Shown: one piece after another, positions 41,575-54,025 of the stretch
How positions within the stretch are numbered: the first letter of the stretch is position 1
Layout: each line of letters opens with the position of its first letter
Source: the human T2T-CHM13v2.0 reference genome, Homo sapiens
NCBI RefSeq assembly: GCF_009914755.1
Contig: NC_060929.1
Reading direction: 5' to 3' (one strand)
DNA: 64,000 nt
Program-made: the position numbers and the translations under genes
The notes under the pieces: model-generated
The model's input: the letters and a program-made list of their open reading frames with translations, nothing else
Told to the model about the DNA's origin: nothing
The model's database searches: none

Positions 41575-41865
41575 ATTAGAAATAATGTTAGGAAATTATT
41601 GCTATTCTCTTGGGATAAAGCAGGACTTCCTAAGTATTTCACCCAAGCTAGAAACTATAATGAAAAATATCAATCTCACCTCATAAAAGTTTACACCTTT
41701 TATATAGAAAAATAGACAAATAAGAAAAGACATATGCAACAGTGTGTTAAAGAATTAATGCTTTTAATGCTACTAACGTGAACAGCTTTTACAAATTAGT
41801 AATTAAAAGTTGAATACCCCATAAAAATAAGCACAAACATTAAATAGGCAATTCACATGAGAAGA
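41575..41865 (+). mobile_element. L1M ORF2 3' fragment
   Basis: CTTGGGATAAAGCAGGACTTCCTAAG; AAATAGGCAATTCACA. Confidence 0.55.
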
Positions 41866-41942
41866 TTAGATAGATAGATGATAGACAGATAGATAGACAG
41901 ATCTATTGATCTTTGGTGTGTGTGTGTGTGTGTGTGTGCGTG
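41866..41942. repeat. (GATA)n/(GACA)n plus (TG)n microsatellites
   Basis: Directly visible. Confidence 0.95.
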
Positions 41943-42459
41943 CATATACACCAAATAACCAGCCTTATTCCGACTAGCTTTGGGACTTTGAGACTTTGAG
42001 CAATTGACTTTACCTCTCTACTAAAATTGTAGTTTTATCATTGTTTAAAACAGGATAATGATAACTAGTTAAAACAGGTATAATGCTACTTCACAGCATT
42101 CTTACACACTCAAAACATATAAAATTGTATGTGCTTGAAGAAAGATTGTGATCATTTATGAATATGAGGAATTGGATTTAGTAAATGGCCTCCAGATTTA
42201 TTCAGACAATTGCCTTATCTTGCTCATTTAGTTTGCTTGTGGAAGAGGAAGAAAAAACAGCCCTTGTGATTCAGAAAGTTCAAACACAACATTAAATTGC
42301 TAAGATAATTGCTAATTGGCGAGCTTACATCACAGCATCCCATTCGGATCAATAAATTCAATGACCAAAATAATGTAACTACAACTAAAACAAGAAGTTT
42401 GCCATAAAAGTTATTCATATATTGCTACAATGTGCTCATGGCTAAGGCTAGGGAGGAAA

Positions 42460-42660
42460 ATTATTACAATTATCAGGTGTTTATTCTGTTAGATAATGTA
42501 GTATTTTGAATAACGTGCAAGTGTTATTTTACTTAATTTTCACAATGGCTCTATAAGGGTATTATAAAACCTGTGTTTTTGAAAACTAGGGTTCCAAGAA
42601 ATTAGGTACCTTGCTCATTTATTAAGGAGCAGAGCCAAAAATGTGACTTTAGGACAAATT
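42460..42660 (-). mobile_element. MIR
   Basis: TTAATTTTCACAA...CTATAAGG...GAAAACTAGG...GGAGCAGAGCC. Confidence 0.55.
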
Positions 42661-43014
42661 CATATGCTCATGTCACACATTTTTTAAATGCGTCTTTTAT
42701 AGTCAGTTAGCCACTTTGAGTTTTTTAGAAATTCCAGAAGAGTGTGAGGATCATATACACTGCCTTTTTCTTTTCTATCTCTACTTTTAAGTATATACTA
42801 GTGTTCCAAACCCTATTTCAGAATGGATATTGAGCCAATATTTGAGAAGCCAATGAGTCCCAAGCATTGCATTTGATGTGATGATTTTTAAAAATGAGGT
42901 TAGGCAGAGTTTCTGCCCACAGGAGCATATTATTTCTTTTTAGTCAGTTCGTAACACATGCTGCTTTTTTGTAGGTACTCATTGAATGCATCAACATTTT
43001 TAGTTGCCTTATTA

Positions 43015-43240
43015 GGCTTTCTAAAAGTCAAGGCTTTGAAATTTAACTCTTAGATTGAAATCCTCATTTCTTTAACTTGCTAATGGTACAACTTCTGTGT
43101 TTTCTCAGCCTCAAATTGGGAATAATAAATATCATTTGATACCAGTGGCATTTGAATTATTTAAGATCCCTTATATTAATTAATGCAACTTATCAGAGTG
43201 CCTGGAACACAGCAAACACTCACCAAATGATACATTTTAT
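43015..43240 (+). mobile_element. MIR
   Basis: AGTCAAGGCTTTGAA...TTGAAATCCT...AGAGTGCCTGGAACACAGCAAACACTCA. Confidence 0.65.
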
Positions 43241-44196
43241 AACAGTCTTTATGGCTGATTCCCGTATTGAAGTCTCAAGTTTCCACATTTGAATGAAAAA
43301 CCTCAGCCTGCTTTGGTCTCATAGAAAGTGATGATAAATAGAACCAACGTTGTTCAATAAAGGAAAAGATAATGAATTTTAGTTTGAGGACACTGGTATC
43401 TTTCCAAATTTTTGGTTTTCATGACATTTCCACAAAGAAGGTTAACATATTCAACGGAGATCCATCACAGACTTAGAAATCCTTAGGAATTCCTGCTGGG
43501 GCTAAAGTGCCCATGAACTTCATCTCAGGGCAAAGTATGCAGCAGCAACAGCCTCAGCTGGAATAATCCTATATTCTCTATGGCTCACTATATTTAACAT
43601 TACCTACATTTTTATTTTCATATCAAGTCCTTTGACCCAGAGGATTCTATCAAGGATAGAATAGCATCACATTGCATCTCTTCCCAAAATGAAAATATCA
43701 TTGATTATTACATCAATGTGACATTGCCTAGATTAGAATATTTCAAATACACACACATTTACATAAGGTTAAGAAAACCATTTTCCATGAGGCATAAAGT
43801 TTTCCATCCACCTCTTTTATGTGTTTCTTTTGTCGAAGGGTGATGCCCCTTAACAGAAGAAATCTAGTGTGCAAGTTGAATGTGACAGTCCAGCAGTTAG
43901 AGTCCTTAGTGTGGGCTTTAGATCTGGCTGGACAGAAGCTCTATTGTGCCTAACAGGACATTGGGAAACTCTTCATTTTCTATAATTCATTTCATTTTGT
44001 GCATTTTCTATTTATTTTCACTACTCTATAAACCCTTTAAACTTCTGGCAGTATTCACCAGTATTTTAAAAATTATTTTGTCTTGTTTGTGTGGGTGGTA
44101 AATTTTCCCTTTAAATTAATCTTTTCAGGATTTTGGTTTAGATATCTGATATTTTTCTTCCAGGTTGTTTTTCTTCCATATAGGAGCTGTTTCTAT

Positions 44197-44595
44197 ATAT
44201 GTCCATTGAGACTCCTGGGAAACAAATCCGGAGACAAAGTTAAGAGTGAAAAAAAATGTATTGGGAAGAAAGGTCTGTGAAAGAAAAGGGGAAAATACAG
44301 AATTGGGAAGGGAGACATGTCAGACTACAATATTGATCTTACAAATTCTCTAGCAGTGCAATGAGGTGCCTCAGAGCAAAGATTACCCATTAGAAGATTC
44401 CTGTGTTGGCAGAAATGGCTCAGCCCTTGTATCAAAGCCTTTCCAGTCACCGACTTGAGCCAAACATGGTCAAAAAACTGAGGCCACCTCCAAGGAGCTA
44501 GTAGCTGGAGGCTTTCCGCTGGCCAGAGTCCTGGAGCTGAGCAGCAAGGCCTTTCTTGAAGTGGGATCTGAGTATACATTATTGGGTGTGTCAAG
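44197..44595 (-). mobile_element. LTR33-like ERVL solo LTR
   Basis: CCTGGGAAACA...GAGAC; TATTGGG; GAGCAAAGATTACCCATTAGA...GTTGG..GAAATGGC; GGGATCTGAG. Confidence 0.7.
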
Positions 44596-45809
44596 TGGGT
44601 TCTACCCTAGAAGTACAATGCAAAAGCTAATTGTTTTTCCTTAAAGTTGGAGACTTGGAAGACATGATGAAATATATGAAAACGTGTGACTCTGTTCCTG
44701 TTCTAAAATACCTGTATAGCTGCAACATCCTGTGTGCCTAATTTTGAGATTTGGAGGAAAAGACTGATAGCCACCAGCAGCTTGCTAGTCTTCTGGAAGT
44801 ACCTCTGGCATAAGAAAAACCGTTGAATTTTCCTTTTAACCTTCAATCCTAAAAGCCAAGTGGAAGAAAAAATGAGTACATCTTATTGTTCCAAATGAGC
44901 TCACCAGAAAATTATTTCCATAGTTCATTAAGAGTTCAGTGCAGAGTAATATGCATATAATGCCAAAGATACTGAAACTACTACCATTGGCCGTGCATTT
45001 CAGAAACTAGTTAGCCACACTAACCCAATCAAGAATTTCTGTTGAACAGGAATTGGATGCAAAAAAGCCCCTTCATACTGTTTCAAATAATAAATGTACA
45101 TGTTTCCATGAATGCTTATAACCTGTGATATTTCCCTCAATATGTCTTTTTCCCCATTGTAATCCCTTGCCCTAAATAAGAAGTCAGATCTGTGTGTGCT
45201 TATTACTCAGTGGATTACACTATGGGCTCAGTGTTCGGTGACTTCGGGTAGTATTTTACAATTTCCAACTATATTTTCTGCTTTATAAATGTCTCCTAGA
45301 ATATTTCATTAGGCAAATTAGGCTGACTCCCTGACTGATCCTTTGTAATTTGTAACGTTTTATTGCTTAACTATAGACATAATTAGGGATGCCTAAAATT
45401 CTGACTTTGAACTAAGAGCAGTTTCAGGCATAATGTCGTTACCTCTTGGGCCATCTTCTTCTTTTCTCTAGATTGGAAAGGGCTCGACTAAGACCCTTGG
45501 AAAAATATGTGCTTCCGTAGAAAAGCCCTTTTCCACCCAAGGGCCTCATTCTTCATCTGTAAAATGATGGAGTTAGACTAAGGGACCTTTAATGTCTCAT
45601 TTACATCTGTGTCCATGTGTTTTAGAGGAAATGACTTTCCTCTCTGAAGACTAATAAGAAAGAATGACTGGTCTGATTCTACTAGACTTACTCACACTCA
45701 CAGGAACAGGCAGAATATGATACAAGGCTCTGGGAGGGAAAAGAGAGCACCCTCATCTCCAGAGGCCTCAGGAGAGTTTGGCATGTGACGCATACAATCG
45801 AGCCCGGAA

Positions 45810-46045
45810 TTAATAGTACTTACTCCTCACTTAGTGCTTATAATGTGCCCATAACTACAACCAGTGTTTTATATTTATTACATTTATGACAGCCTCAGGA
45901 AAATGTTATCATTGCCTGTATTTTATAGATAATAGGAATTAGTCTTACAAAGAATAAGCAACATGGCAATTGTCATTGGGCTTTTAAGGAGTTGACATGG
46001 ATACAGACAGATTCTATCCATCTCAATAATCATGCTATTCTGTCT
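45810..46045 (-). mobile_element. MIR
   Basis: AGTGCTTATAATGTGCC...TTATCATT..CTGTATTTTATAGAT. Confidence 0.65.
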
Positions 46046-46879
46046 GGTCATTTTATCATTTCATTCATTCAATACCTAAGTATTCAGAGCTTGCTTCTTA
46101 CTGGGATTGATCAAAGAGAGAGTGAGTATTTGGTGAGAGGGGGTCTGCACTGGGGATAAAAAGTTTCTCTGTACCCCTAATGCATTGGCTGTTTTGTCTT
46201 TGCATGGTGGGTCTTCTCTGATTGTGACACCATGAAGCATTTCCTTTTCAACAACCCTGAAGCCAGTGCCTCATCAAGAGGAGCTCTGGAGTGCTAAGTT
46301 GCCAATATCTTGATCACAGCTTTTAATTTGCTAATTTGTTAGCTGGAAGAAAGTGTTAGGAATTGCTAGGAGGCACAATGAGAGCATCAGCTTCTCCCCC
46401 TGAAACATGTTAAAGACTATAAGTGTGCATTGTAGGGTGAGACAGGGACCTTTGTGGGAATACAATAGGGAAAGAGGTCATAATTATGTAAAAAATGTTA
46501 GGTCACATTTTCTCCTTATTTTGCAACACTATTTTCCATTCACGATTTCAAAAAGCACAGAATTTCCTTGTGCTTATCTCTGTCTTTAAACTTATCACAT
46601 AATAATTGACTTTTCAATCTTCCAAACAAAACTGAACCTCATCTGTCTTGTTTACTTTGATGTTTTTGATGAGTCAGATCTGGGGTTAAGAATATTCTAG
46701 ATAGTAGAAAAAATAAATAAAGTCTGGAAATAGGGTTGAATTTGACCTTTTTGAGGAATAAAAACAGGTTATGCAATGACATAAACAAAAAGAAAATGTT
46801 AGGTGAGAATTCACAGTGATGGGGTAAGCAGAACTTTCATAGAGGGCCATGAGGCTATAGTAAAGAGTTGGAACAAATT

Positions 46880-47024
46880 CTTGCTCAACAACTGTTTGCT
46901 GAATAGTGACTATGCAACAGGCATTATTCTAGGTGGTGGAAGTATAAGTATAAACAAATAATAAGCATTTTTTCCAGCCATCAGATTATATTATTAGGGT
47001 AAAGACAAACATTAAATTATATAC

Positions 47025-47077
<53 letters not shown>

Positions 47078-47945
47078 TATTAATGAGTGATAAGTGGTAG
47101 GGAGAAAAAAATTGAAGTAGAAACGAATGATATCAAGTATTGGGACAGAGTGAAGGAGGGTTTGGAAAAACAGAGAGAAACTAAAAGAAGTGAAGAAAAA
47201 AGCTGTGTAATTCTTCTTGGGGAAAGAACATGCCAGACAGAGGCAATAGGCAATGAAATACCAGGAGAAGTGAAAAGGCCAGTGTTGCTAGAATGGTGGG
47301 AACCAGAAAAGTAGCAGTTTATGAATAGTAATAGTATGAAGTGAGTGTCAGATAGAAGAGAGCCCTGCAGATTATGGTAAAGACTTTTTTATTTTCCTAA
47401 GTAGAAGAGAAATCCGTCTTTAGGAACAGTAGTGCCACAATCTGAATAATATTTCAACAGGTGGCAGATTTGAAAATAGACTAAAAGGAAGCAAAGGTAG
47501 AAGCAGGGAGACAAATTAGAAAAGTACCATCCAATAGAAATGTATTGCAAACCACAAAACAGAGCCACATGTGCAATTTTCAATTTTCTAGTATCCACAC
47601 AGAAAGTCAAAAAAACCTAGGTGAACTTAATATTAATGATGGCTTTTATTTAATCCAGTGAGATATTTTTCGAAGACTTACATTAAGTCTTTGAAATACA
47701 GTATGCATTTTACACTTCCAGCATATCTCAATCCAGACCAGCCACAATTTGAGCACTCAATAACCACATGTGGCTAGTGGCTACTACACAGGATGTCACA
47801 GTGAGAAGAATGTTGCAATCAGTCATGTGGTATAAGATACCAGTGCACTGAGGAAGATGAGGAGGCAGGCTCTGGATATGTTTTAAAGATAGAGCTAGTA
47901 GAGTTTGCTGGAGAAATGAATGTATGGATAAATGAGAAAAGGCAT
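46880..47945 (-). mobile_element. L2, interrupted by (CA)n at 47026-47073 and by MER33
   Basis: CTCAACAA...CAGGCATTATTCTAGG; AAGGCCAGTGTTGCT; TCTGGATATGTTTTAAAGATAGAGC. Confidence 0.75.
47522..47802. mobile_element. MER33 MITE
   Basis: TCCAATAGAAAT...GAGCCACATGTG; CTCAATAACCACATGTGGCTAGTGGCTAC. Confidence 0.85.
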
Positions 47946-49834
47946 TAATTGAAATAAAGGAAGTTGTAGAAAGGAAATTAAATCATAAGAAAGTTAAGAT
48001 ATTTTTAAAAGTTGAAAAATATCCCAGAGCCATTTTACACTTAAGCTATTAATATATAGTGCATTCTTTTGCCCCATCCTTTGTTATGGAGGCCTGCTAT
48101 GAGTATTTTCAGGTTGCTAAGGTATGTGGGCTCAGGAGCAAGCCAACGACGTTGTCACAGGAAAAACAAAGCATGGAGGGCAGCATAGTTCCATGATGTG
48201 GTTCTCATGGTGGCTTTCTTCTCCAGTTAAGAGAAGGAGAACTGGGACACTACACACCTTCTAAGGTCTTGAGTTACAAGGTCACATCACGTAACCATTG
48301 ATCTTATTCTGATGTTTCCGAAATAACAATCTCAAATTATTGAGCCTTATCTAATTCCAAAGGTTTGAACACCCAGAGAGGGTTGCTTTTACTAATTCAT
48401 CCATCCAAAATGGTTGCGTATTTGTGATTTATACAAATGTTCATATCCATATTCCTTTTCACACAAAGGCATGAGATGTGCTAGGGTAGCTCAGAATTTG
48501 ACTTGATTTTTTGTTTTCTTCAGTCGGACATCCCTTGTTGTGAACTCACGACTTGAATGCTCTTAGCACATACAATCTCTATCGAATGTTGCTCAGTCTC
48601 CACTATTTTTTACGTGGTTATGCTTGGTCCTTGGTACCTTTGCATTCATGATGGTACTGTACTTTGTGTTTTTCTGAACTGAAATTCTTCCACGGACCAT
48701 AGCAAAACACTTTGTGCCGTACTTTTTTTTTTCTAAGTAGGCTCAGCGGGATATTCTAGAAAGAACACTGCAGCAGGAGTCAAGAAACCTCACAGGGAAC
48801 TGCTCGTTACTTGAGGGAGTTTGGAAAAGTTGCTTTGCCAATCTGGGCATTGTTTCTCCTCACTGTATATTAAATGTGTCAAATCCAAACACTGGAAGCA
48901 GGGAAAGGAAAGAAGAAGATGAAAGACTCCATGTTCTGAAATGATGTCAATGAGTGCAAGTAGCTTCTTGAGCAGACAGAGCTGAACTTTTTGTTTTGGC
49001 AGAGTCTTCAATAATGTTACATACATCAGTTCCTAAAGCCTGATTAAGTTTGGTCTCAAGGGTGAAATACAAACTCCCTTGGTAAATCTATTGTGGAAGC
49101 CAAATGATGAAGGGTTTGCAGCAGGAGGTGGGAATGTGGGCGGGGGGGTGGGGGGAAGAGGGGTTGATACGATAAGCACAATAATCACCCAGCATTTCGG
49201 GTTTGTTATTTGGAAAATCAACACATTGAGAACAACAAATAAAAATTATGGCAAAAATAGTGCATCTACTAAAAAACTGTGATGTCTGAAATAAGAGAAC
49301 ATAGTTCTGGTCAAGAAGTTAGCAATCTCTCTGGTGCTATAGAGAGTACCTTCTCAGTATTTTTCACAATATCTTTCACAAAGGGGTGAAAATTGGGTCT
49401 TGGACAGGAAGGATAAAAAAACCCTTAGTCTTTATATGTGTAAAGCACAAATGTGCATACAGTACATTAACACATGGACTGTGTCTGTGGAATTAAAATG
49501 TCATAGGAATACTAGAAAAAACATGTCTAAAAAGTTTCCTTGGAGAGGAATAATGAAAAAAGTGTTGAGAAACTGTGCTATAACATTACCCATTTGTAGG
49601 TGGGAGAAAGAACACACTGAGAATGTCTTGGGATGTAGAAAAATTGAACACTATACTTCGTGCTACAAACTGTTCTTTATAAAAATATGACCAGTTTCAT
49701 CTGGGGTCAGGTGATACCTATTCTATGAAGACTTTAATTTATCAGCTCCAGCTCTTGTTTCTCTTTTCCTCTCTCATAGAATTTGTAATCCAAATTATCC
49801 GATTTAGCTCTTAGGGATATTACTCTTTATTATA

Positions 49835-50110
49835 TTAATTCATTAATTTCACAAATGATATTAACATGTACTGTGTGCTAGGCACTCTTCTATGCAGTGG
49901 TGAACTATAAAGGTCCTTCTGCAAATGGAGTGAAAATTCTAAAAACAAAATAAAGAACTAAGTAAACAAGGTGATTATACAAAATAATAAGGCCTATATA
50001 GAAATTCCACAGTTGCAATAGAGAATGACTGGGCATTGGGAATTGGGCATTGTTGGTGAATTTAGATGCAGTGGTTAGGAATCGCTCTGTAAACAGGAGA
50101 CATCTGACTA
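49835..50110 (-). mobile_element. L2 3' fragment
   Basis: ATTCATT...TACTGTGTGCTAGGCACT...CAGTGGTGAAC. Confidence 0.65.
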
Positions 50111-50299
50111 ATTCTTATTTTGTAAGTAATTTTTATTCCTTTAAATAAATTAAATTTAGGTCTGAGGAGGAAGGAATGATCTTGAATTCAAATCATGCCC
50201 TGCCATTATTTTGTTCTTTTATTTACTCATTCATTTGTCCGTAAAGCATTTGTTGAACTCCAAATTTTGTACCAGCAACTATGCCAGGGAGTAGACATT

Positions 50300-51330
50300 T
50301 ATTCATTAATTTATTTAAACAAGGAATAGTTATTGAATGCCTAGTAAGTACTCTATTCGAGGTATTTGTAACCATCAGTGAAGTAAACAAATATGACTAA
50401 TCATGGCCAAGGATACAGTTCTGATTATGTTAAATTGCAATGTTTACTGATCCTCCAAATGCAGACATTGAGTAGGTGGTTGTTTGCTGGCTAGGATTTG
50501 TGAGAGATGTATGGCTAGGAAACCCAAATTTGGGACTTATCAGCACAGAGATAGTAAAGAAAGTATCAGATTGGATGGCTTCACCAAGGGAGTGAGCACA
50601 GAGAAGTGAAGAGGGTTCATGACTGAGCACCAGAGCACTGCAATATTAGGAGGTTAGGAAAAGAGAAGGAACTATGAATCTACGAAGGGGGAGCCAGTGG
50701 CATAAGGGGAAACCAAGAGCACACCAAGAAAGTGTGTTGTTGCAAAATTCAAAGGAAGATAATGTATCAAGGGAATAGAATAATCAATTGTGTAAAATGC
50801 TGCTAGTAAGTCAAGTAAGATGAGGACTGAGAATAGACTATAAATTTTAGCAAGAAGGAGGTCACTTGTGACGATAATATGCCCAGTTTCAGCAAAGCCA
50901 AATTAAAGTAATTTTAAGAGAGAATATGAGGAGACTAACCAGAGACAGTAGGACAGACATGTTTTCAGAAGAGTTTTGCAACAGAAGATAGCAAGAAATG
51001 GGCTGGAAGCTGACAAGAGAAATTGAGTAATAAGATGGGAGTAATAGTAACATTTGCATAATAATGAGAATGATACGACAGTGAGTAAAACATATATTGA
51101 TAATGTAGGAGGGTCAATTTCTGTAGAGTTGTTCTTAGGTAGATAAAAAGAAGTGAAATTTAGTATGCAAATGGAAATATTAGCTTTGGAAGGGAGCATG
51201 GATATTTTCTCTACAATTATAGGAAGGAAAGTAGAGTATACGGGTTCAGATGTTGAAGGTGGGTAGGCAGCTCTGGAGATGCTTATCTGTATAAGGTCTC
51301 CTACTGTTGCATTAATATTCTTAGTGATGT
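50300..51330 (-). mobile_element. L2 including an ORF2 remnant
   Basis: ORF 50903-51337 contains EKISMLPSKANISICILN, similar to the L2 motif LLSKANPSTCALD; GTCAAGTAAGATGAGGACTGAGAA. Confidence 0.8.
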
Positions 51331-51344
51331 AGGACACATGAAGA

Positions 51345-51530
51345 CAGAATCAGTTTCCATATCACTTAGAAGGTGTATACTTTCAAGTAAGCAATTTAAT
51401 GTCTTAGAGTCTCAGATTCTTCATCTGTGAAATGGGAATAAAATATTTGTGTTTATGTTCAGTAGTACTAATTAAATGTGACATTTTATCAAAAAATACT
51501 AGCCTAGTACCTGTGTCACTGATTAATGGT
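51345..51530 (+). mobile_element. MIR
   Basis: CTCAGATTCTTCATCTGTGAAATGGGAATAA. Confidence 0.75.
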
Positions 51531-52381
51531 GGCCAAAGTTGACCTCCATCAGAGTATGAAAGGATTAGCATATTAAATATCATATGCCACCTGGATTTTG
51601 GTCCGGGGAACTCTTCAGTACAGAGAGACAGCCTAGAGTTAACAGAAGCATAAAATGAAGATGAGATTAGCTTAATCCTTAAGAAGTACGTTTATAAAAG
51701 AATTGCTATGTTTGTCATCTGGTCTTTGACCAAGGAGAACTCACCAAAATGTTTTAACCATAATATTTGCCATACACCTGTTGATACCCCCCAGCTTGGA
51801 ATGACAGTGATCCACTGAACATAGGGAGAAAACAAATGTCAATGTTCAGTCTCCTGTTCCAGCCTAAGTGTTCCAGGTGTGTGAGATATCACCCTGATTA
51901 AAGTGTCAAATGGCCCCTAATCACATTAAAATGAAATGTGACTCAACCGTACCAAGAAATGGGACATTCCTGTCACCTCTTCTCTTTTCCCCATAATAGC
52001 AATATCTATCTGTTATATTCCAGATAATACAAATGTCTACTCATATTGTGGGGACAATGAGATGACTTGCATTTGACAGGTCTTATTATGCGAGAAATCA
52101 GCTGCTCCAAAATTAATATAGACCCTTATTAAAAGTGATTATGCATAACTTCTCTGGTGCCTGGGATTTTAGCCAAGCAAATCTCTTCCTCATATCTTTC
52201 CTTACTCCTTTTCCTCTTTATGCATATTTTTAAATTGGATCATAATATAAGGATCTAGTACAAACATAAGCAATGCCAGAAAGGCTAAAAGGTTTATCCA
52301 CTATAGATATTTACTATCACATAGCTGGTGCTGATTAAACTAGATCAGTCAGTACTGAAACTATAGCTCAAGGCCTTTGGG

Positions 52382-52500
52382 TATACATATGTAACAAACC
52401 TGCACATTGTGCACATGTACCCTAAAACTTAAAGTGTAATAACAATAAAATTAAAAAAATAAAAATACAAAAATAAAAATACAAAAAAAAAAAAGAAAAA
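52382..52500 (+). mobile_element. Extreme 3' stub of an L1PA3-like element with a patterned A-tail
   Basis: GTATACATATGTAACAAACCTGCACATTGTGCACATGTACCCTAAAACTTAAAG followed by a ~60-bp A-rich tail. Confidence 0.93.
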
Positions 52501-53789
52501 CTCATTTTCTCTATCTTTGAGCCTAGAAAGTCAACTTTGTGGGAGTAGCGAATTTACACTATTCAAATGGTTATTTTCAGTTTCCTAGAATTCTCTTTCT
52601 AATACCCAGAATAGTATCTGGTACATAGTAAGTACCCAAAGAATGCTTGTTGGTTGAATTAATGTTAGTTAATAGTTATCTGGTAAAATTATTCCTGCCA
52701 TTAAAGGCTGTTTATGAATAATTACAGAAAATTACTGCCCCTTGGATCAGCTTTTTTTTTCAAAACCCACCTTCAGTGCATGTCCCAAATTGAAATAAAT
52801 AGCCTAGATTCTGTACAACAAATATAACTTTCTCCCTGTTGAAATAGATTAGGAATAGTTTCCCCCATTTTTCCACTGACCTCTGAAGAAGGTAAATGTA
52901 AAAGGATAAAATTTGTCCAAGAAAGAGCCAAAATCATGATTTTTAAAGTGTTTGTGGCTATTCAGTTACTCTTGCATGAGACTTAAATTTTTTATTGTGG
53001 AAAATTAGGTTTGTTCCAAATTGAAATATAGAATAAGTTTAAAATATTCAAAGTAAAATAAGGAATCTAGTTACTTCAATTTTGACAGAGAAAGTTATGA
53101 TGTCAGGTAAGACTCTCAGATGATTTTCGAAAGGATAATCAAGTTTATTGGTCATGAATCAAATGTCTACAGAGAATAAACAGATTAATATAAAAACCTT
53201 GAGTACAAGAAAATAATTTGGGTTAGAAATGCGGTGAACTGACACATGCCTTATGTAAAACAATGCAAATTAATTCTTTTGAAAAATATATATTTTACCA
53301 TGCACTAAATAGATGCATAGGTATATCCAGGTTTTTAACTGTTAATGTTATTGTATTATGAAAAATGGGTAAGACAGAAGTGATTTAAGTAAGACTGCAT
53401 AAGAAACAGAGTTTTTCCTTAGAGATGGAGCAAAAGAAGGATGCATTCTTATATGCCTAATTGTGTCCTTTTAAAGTTAAAGTCCTCATTTTAATAATGG
53501 AAACAAGTTCAATAAAAATCTTTTGACTAGAGAACTCCATTTTTTTCCTTTGATTGTACGCCAAACCCTAGGATCAGAGTTTCATATCAGAAAGCACGCA
53601 TTTTTTAAAAGATAAAAAGTATAATGGGAAGAAAAATTTATTAGTATTAAGACACTAGTATATGTTTGAAGTTCAAAAATAGAATTGAAGTTGAGAAACT
53701 GAAACTTTCATAGGAAAGGTTCACATCTTGGTGATTTGTTCTCTCAGATTCAATTGCTTTTGGAGATGAATGGGAAGAAAACATTGAAA

Positions 53790-53839
53790 TCTTCAGTGAC
53801 TACATGGGAGGTTTTTAAACTTACATGCTGCTTACCTTC

Positions 53840-53883
<44 letters not shown>

Positions 53884-54025
53884 CCCACATACAAACATTT
53901 TCACATTCCTCTCCTGAAATTTTGGTCTGCTAGGTCTGTAGTGGGATCTCTGTTTTTAGAATACTCCCCGAAGGAATTCTAATGTAAGCAGTTATGGACT
54001 ATTATTTGTAAGACTTTGTTTGAAG
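53790..54025. mobile_element. MER5-like MITE with an internal (CA)n at 53842-53878
   Basis: GGGAGGTTTTTAAA...TAGGTCTGTAGTGGG...CTCCCC..GGAATTCTAATGT. Confidence 0.55.

Noticed and set aside
50903-51337. 144-aa ORF
   Set aside because: It is a decayed L2 ORF2 remnant.
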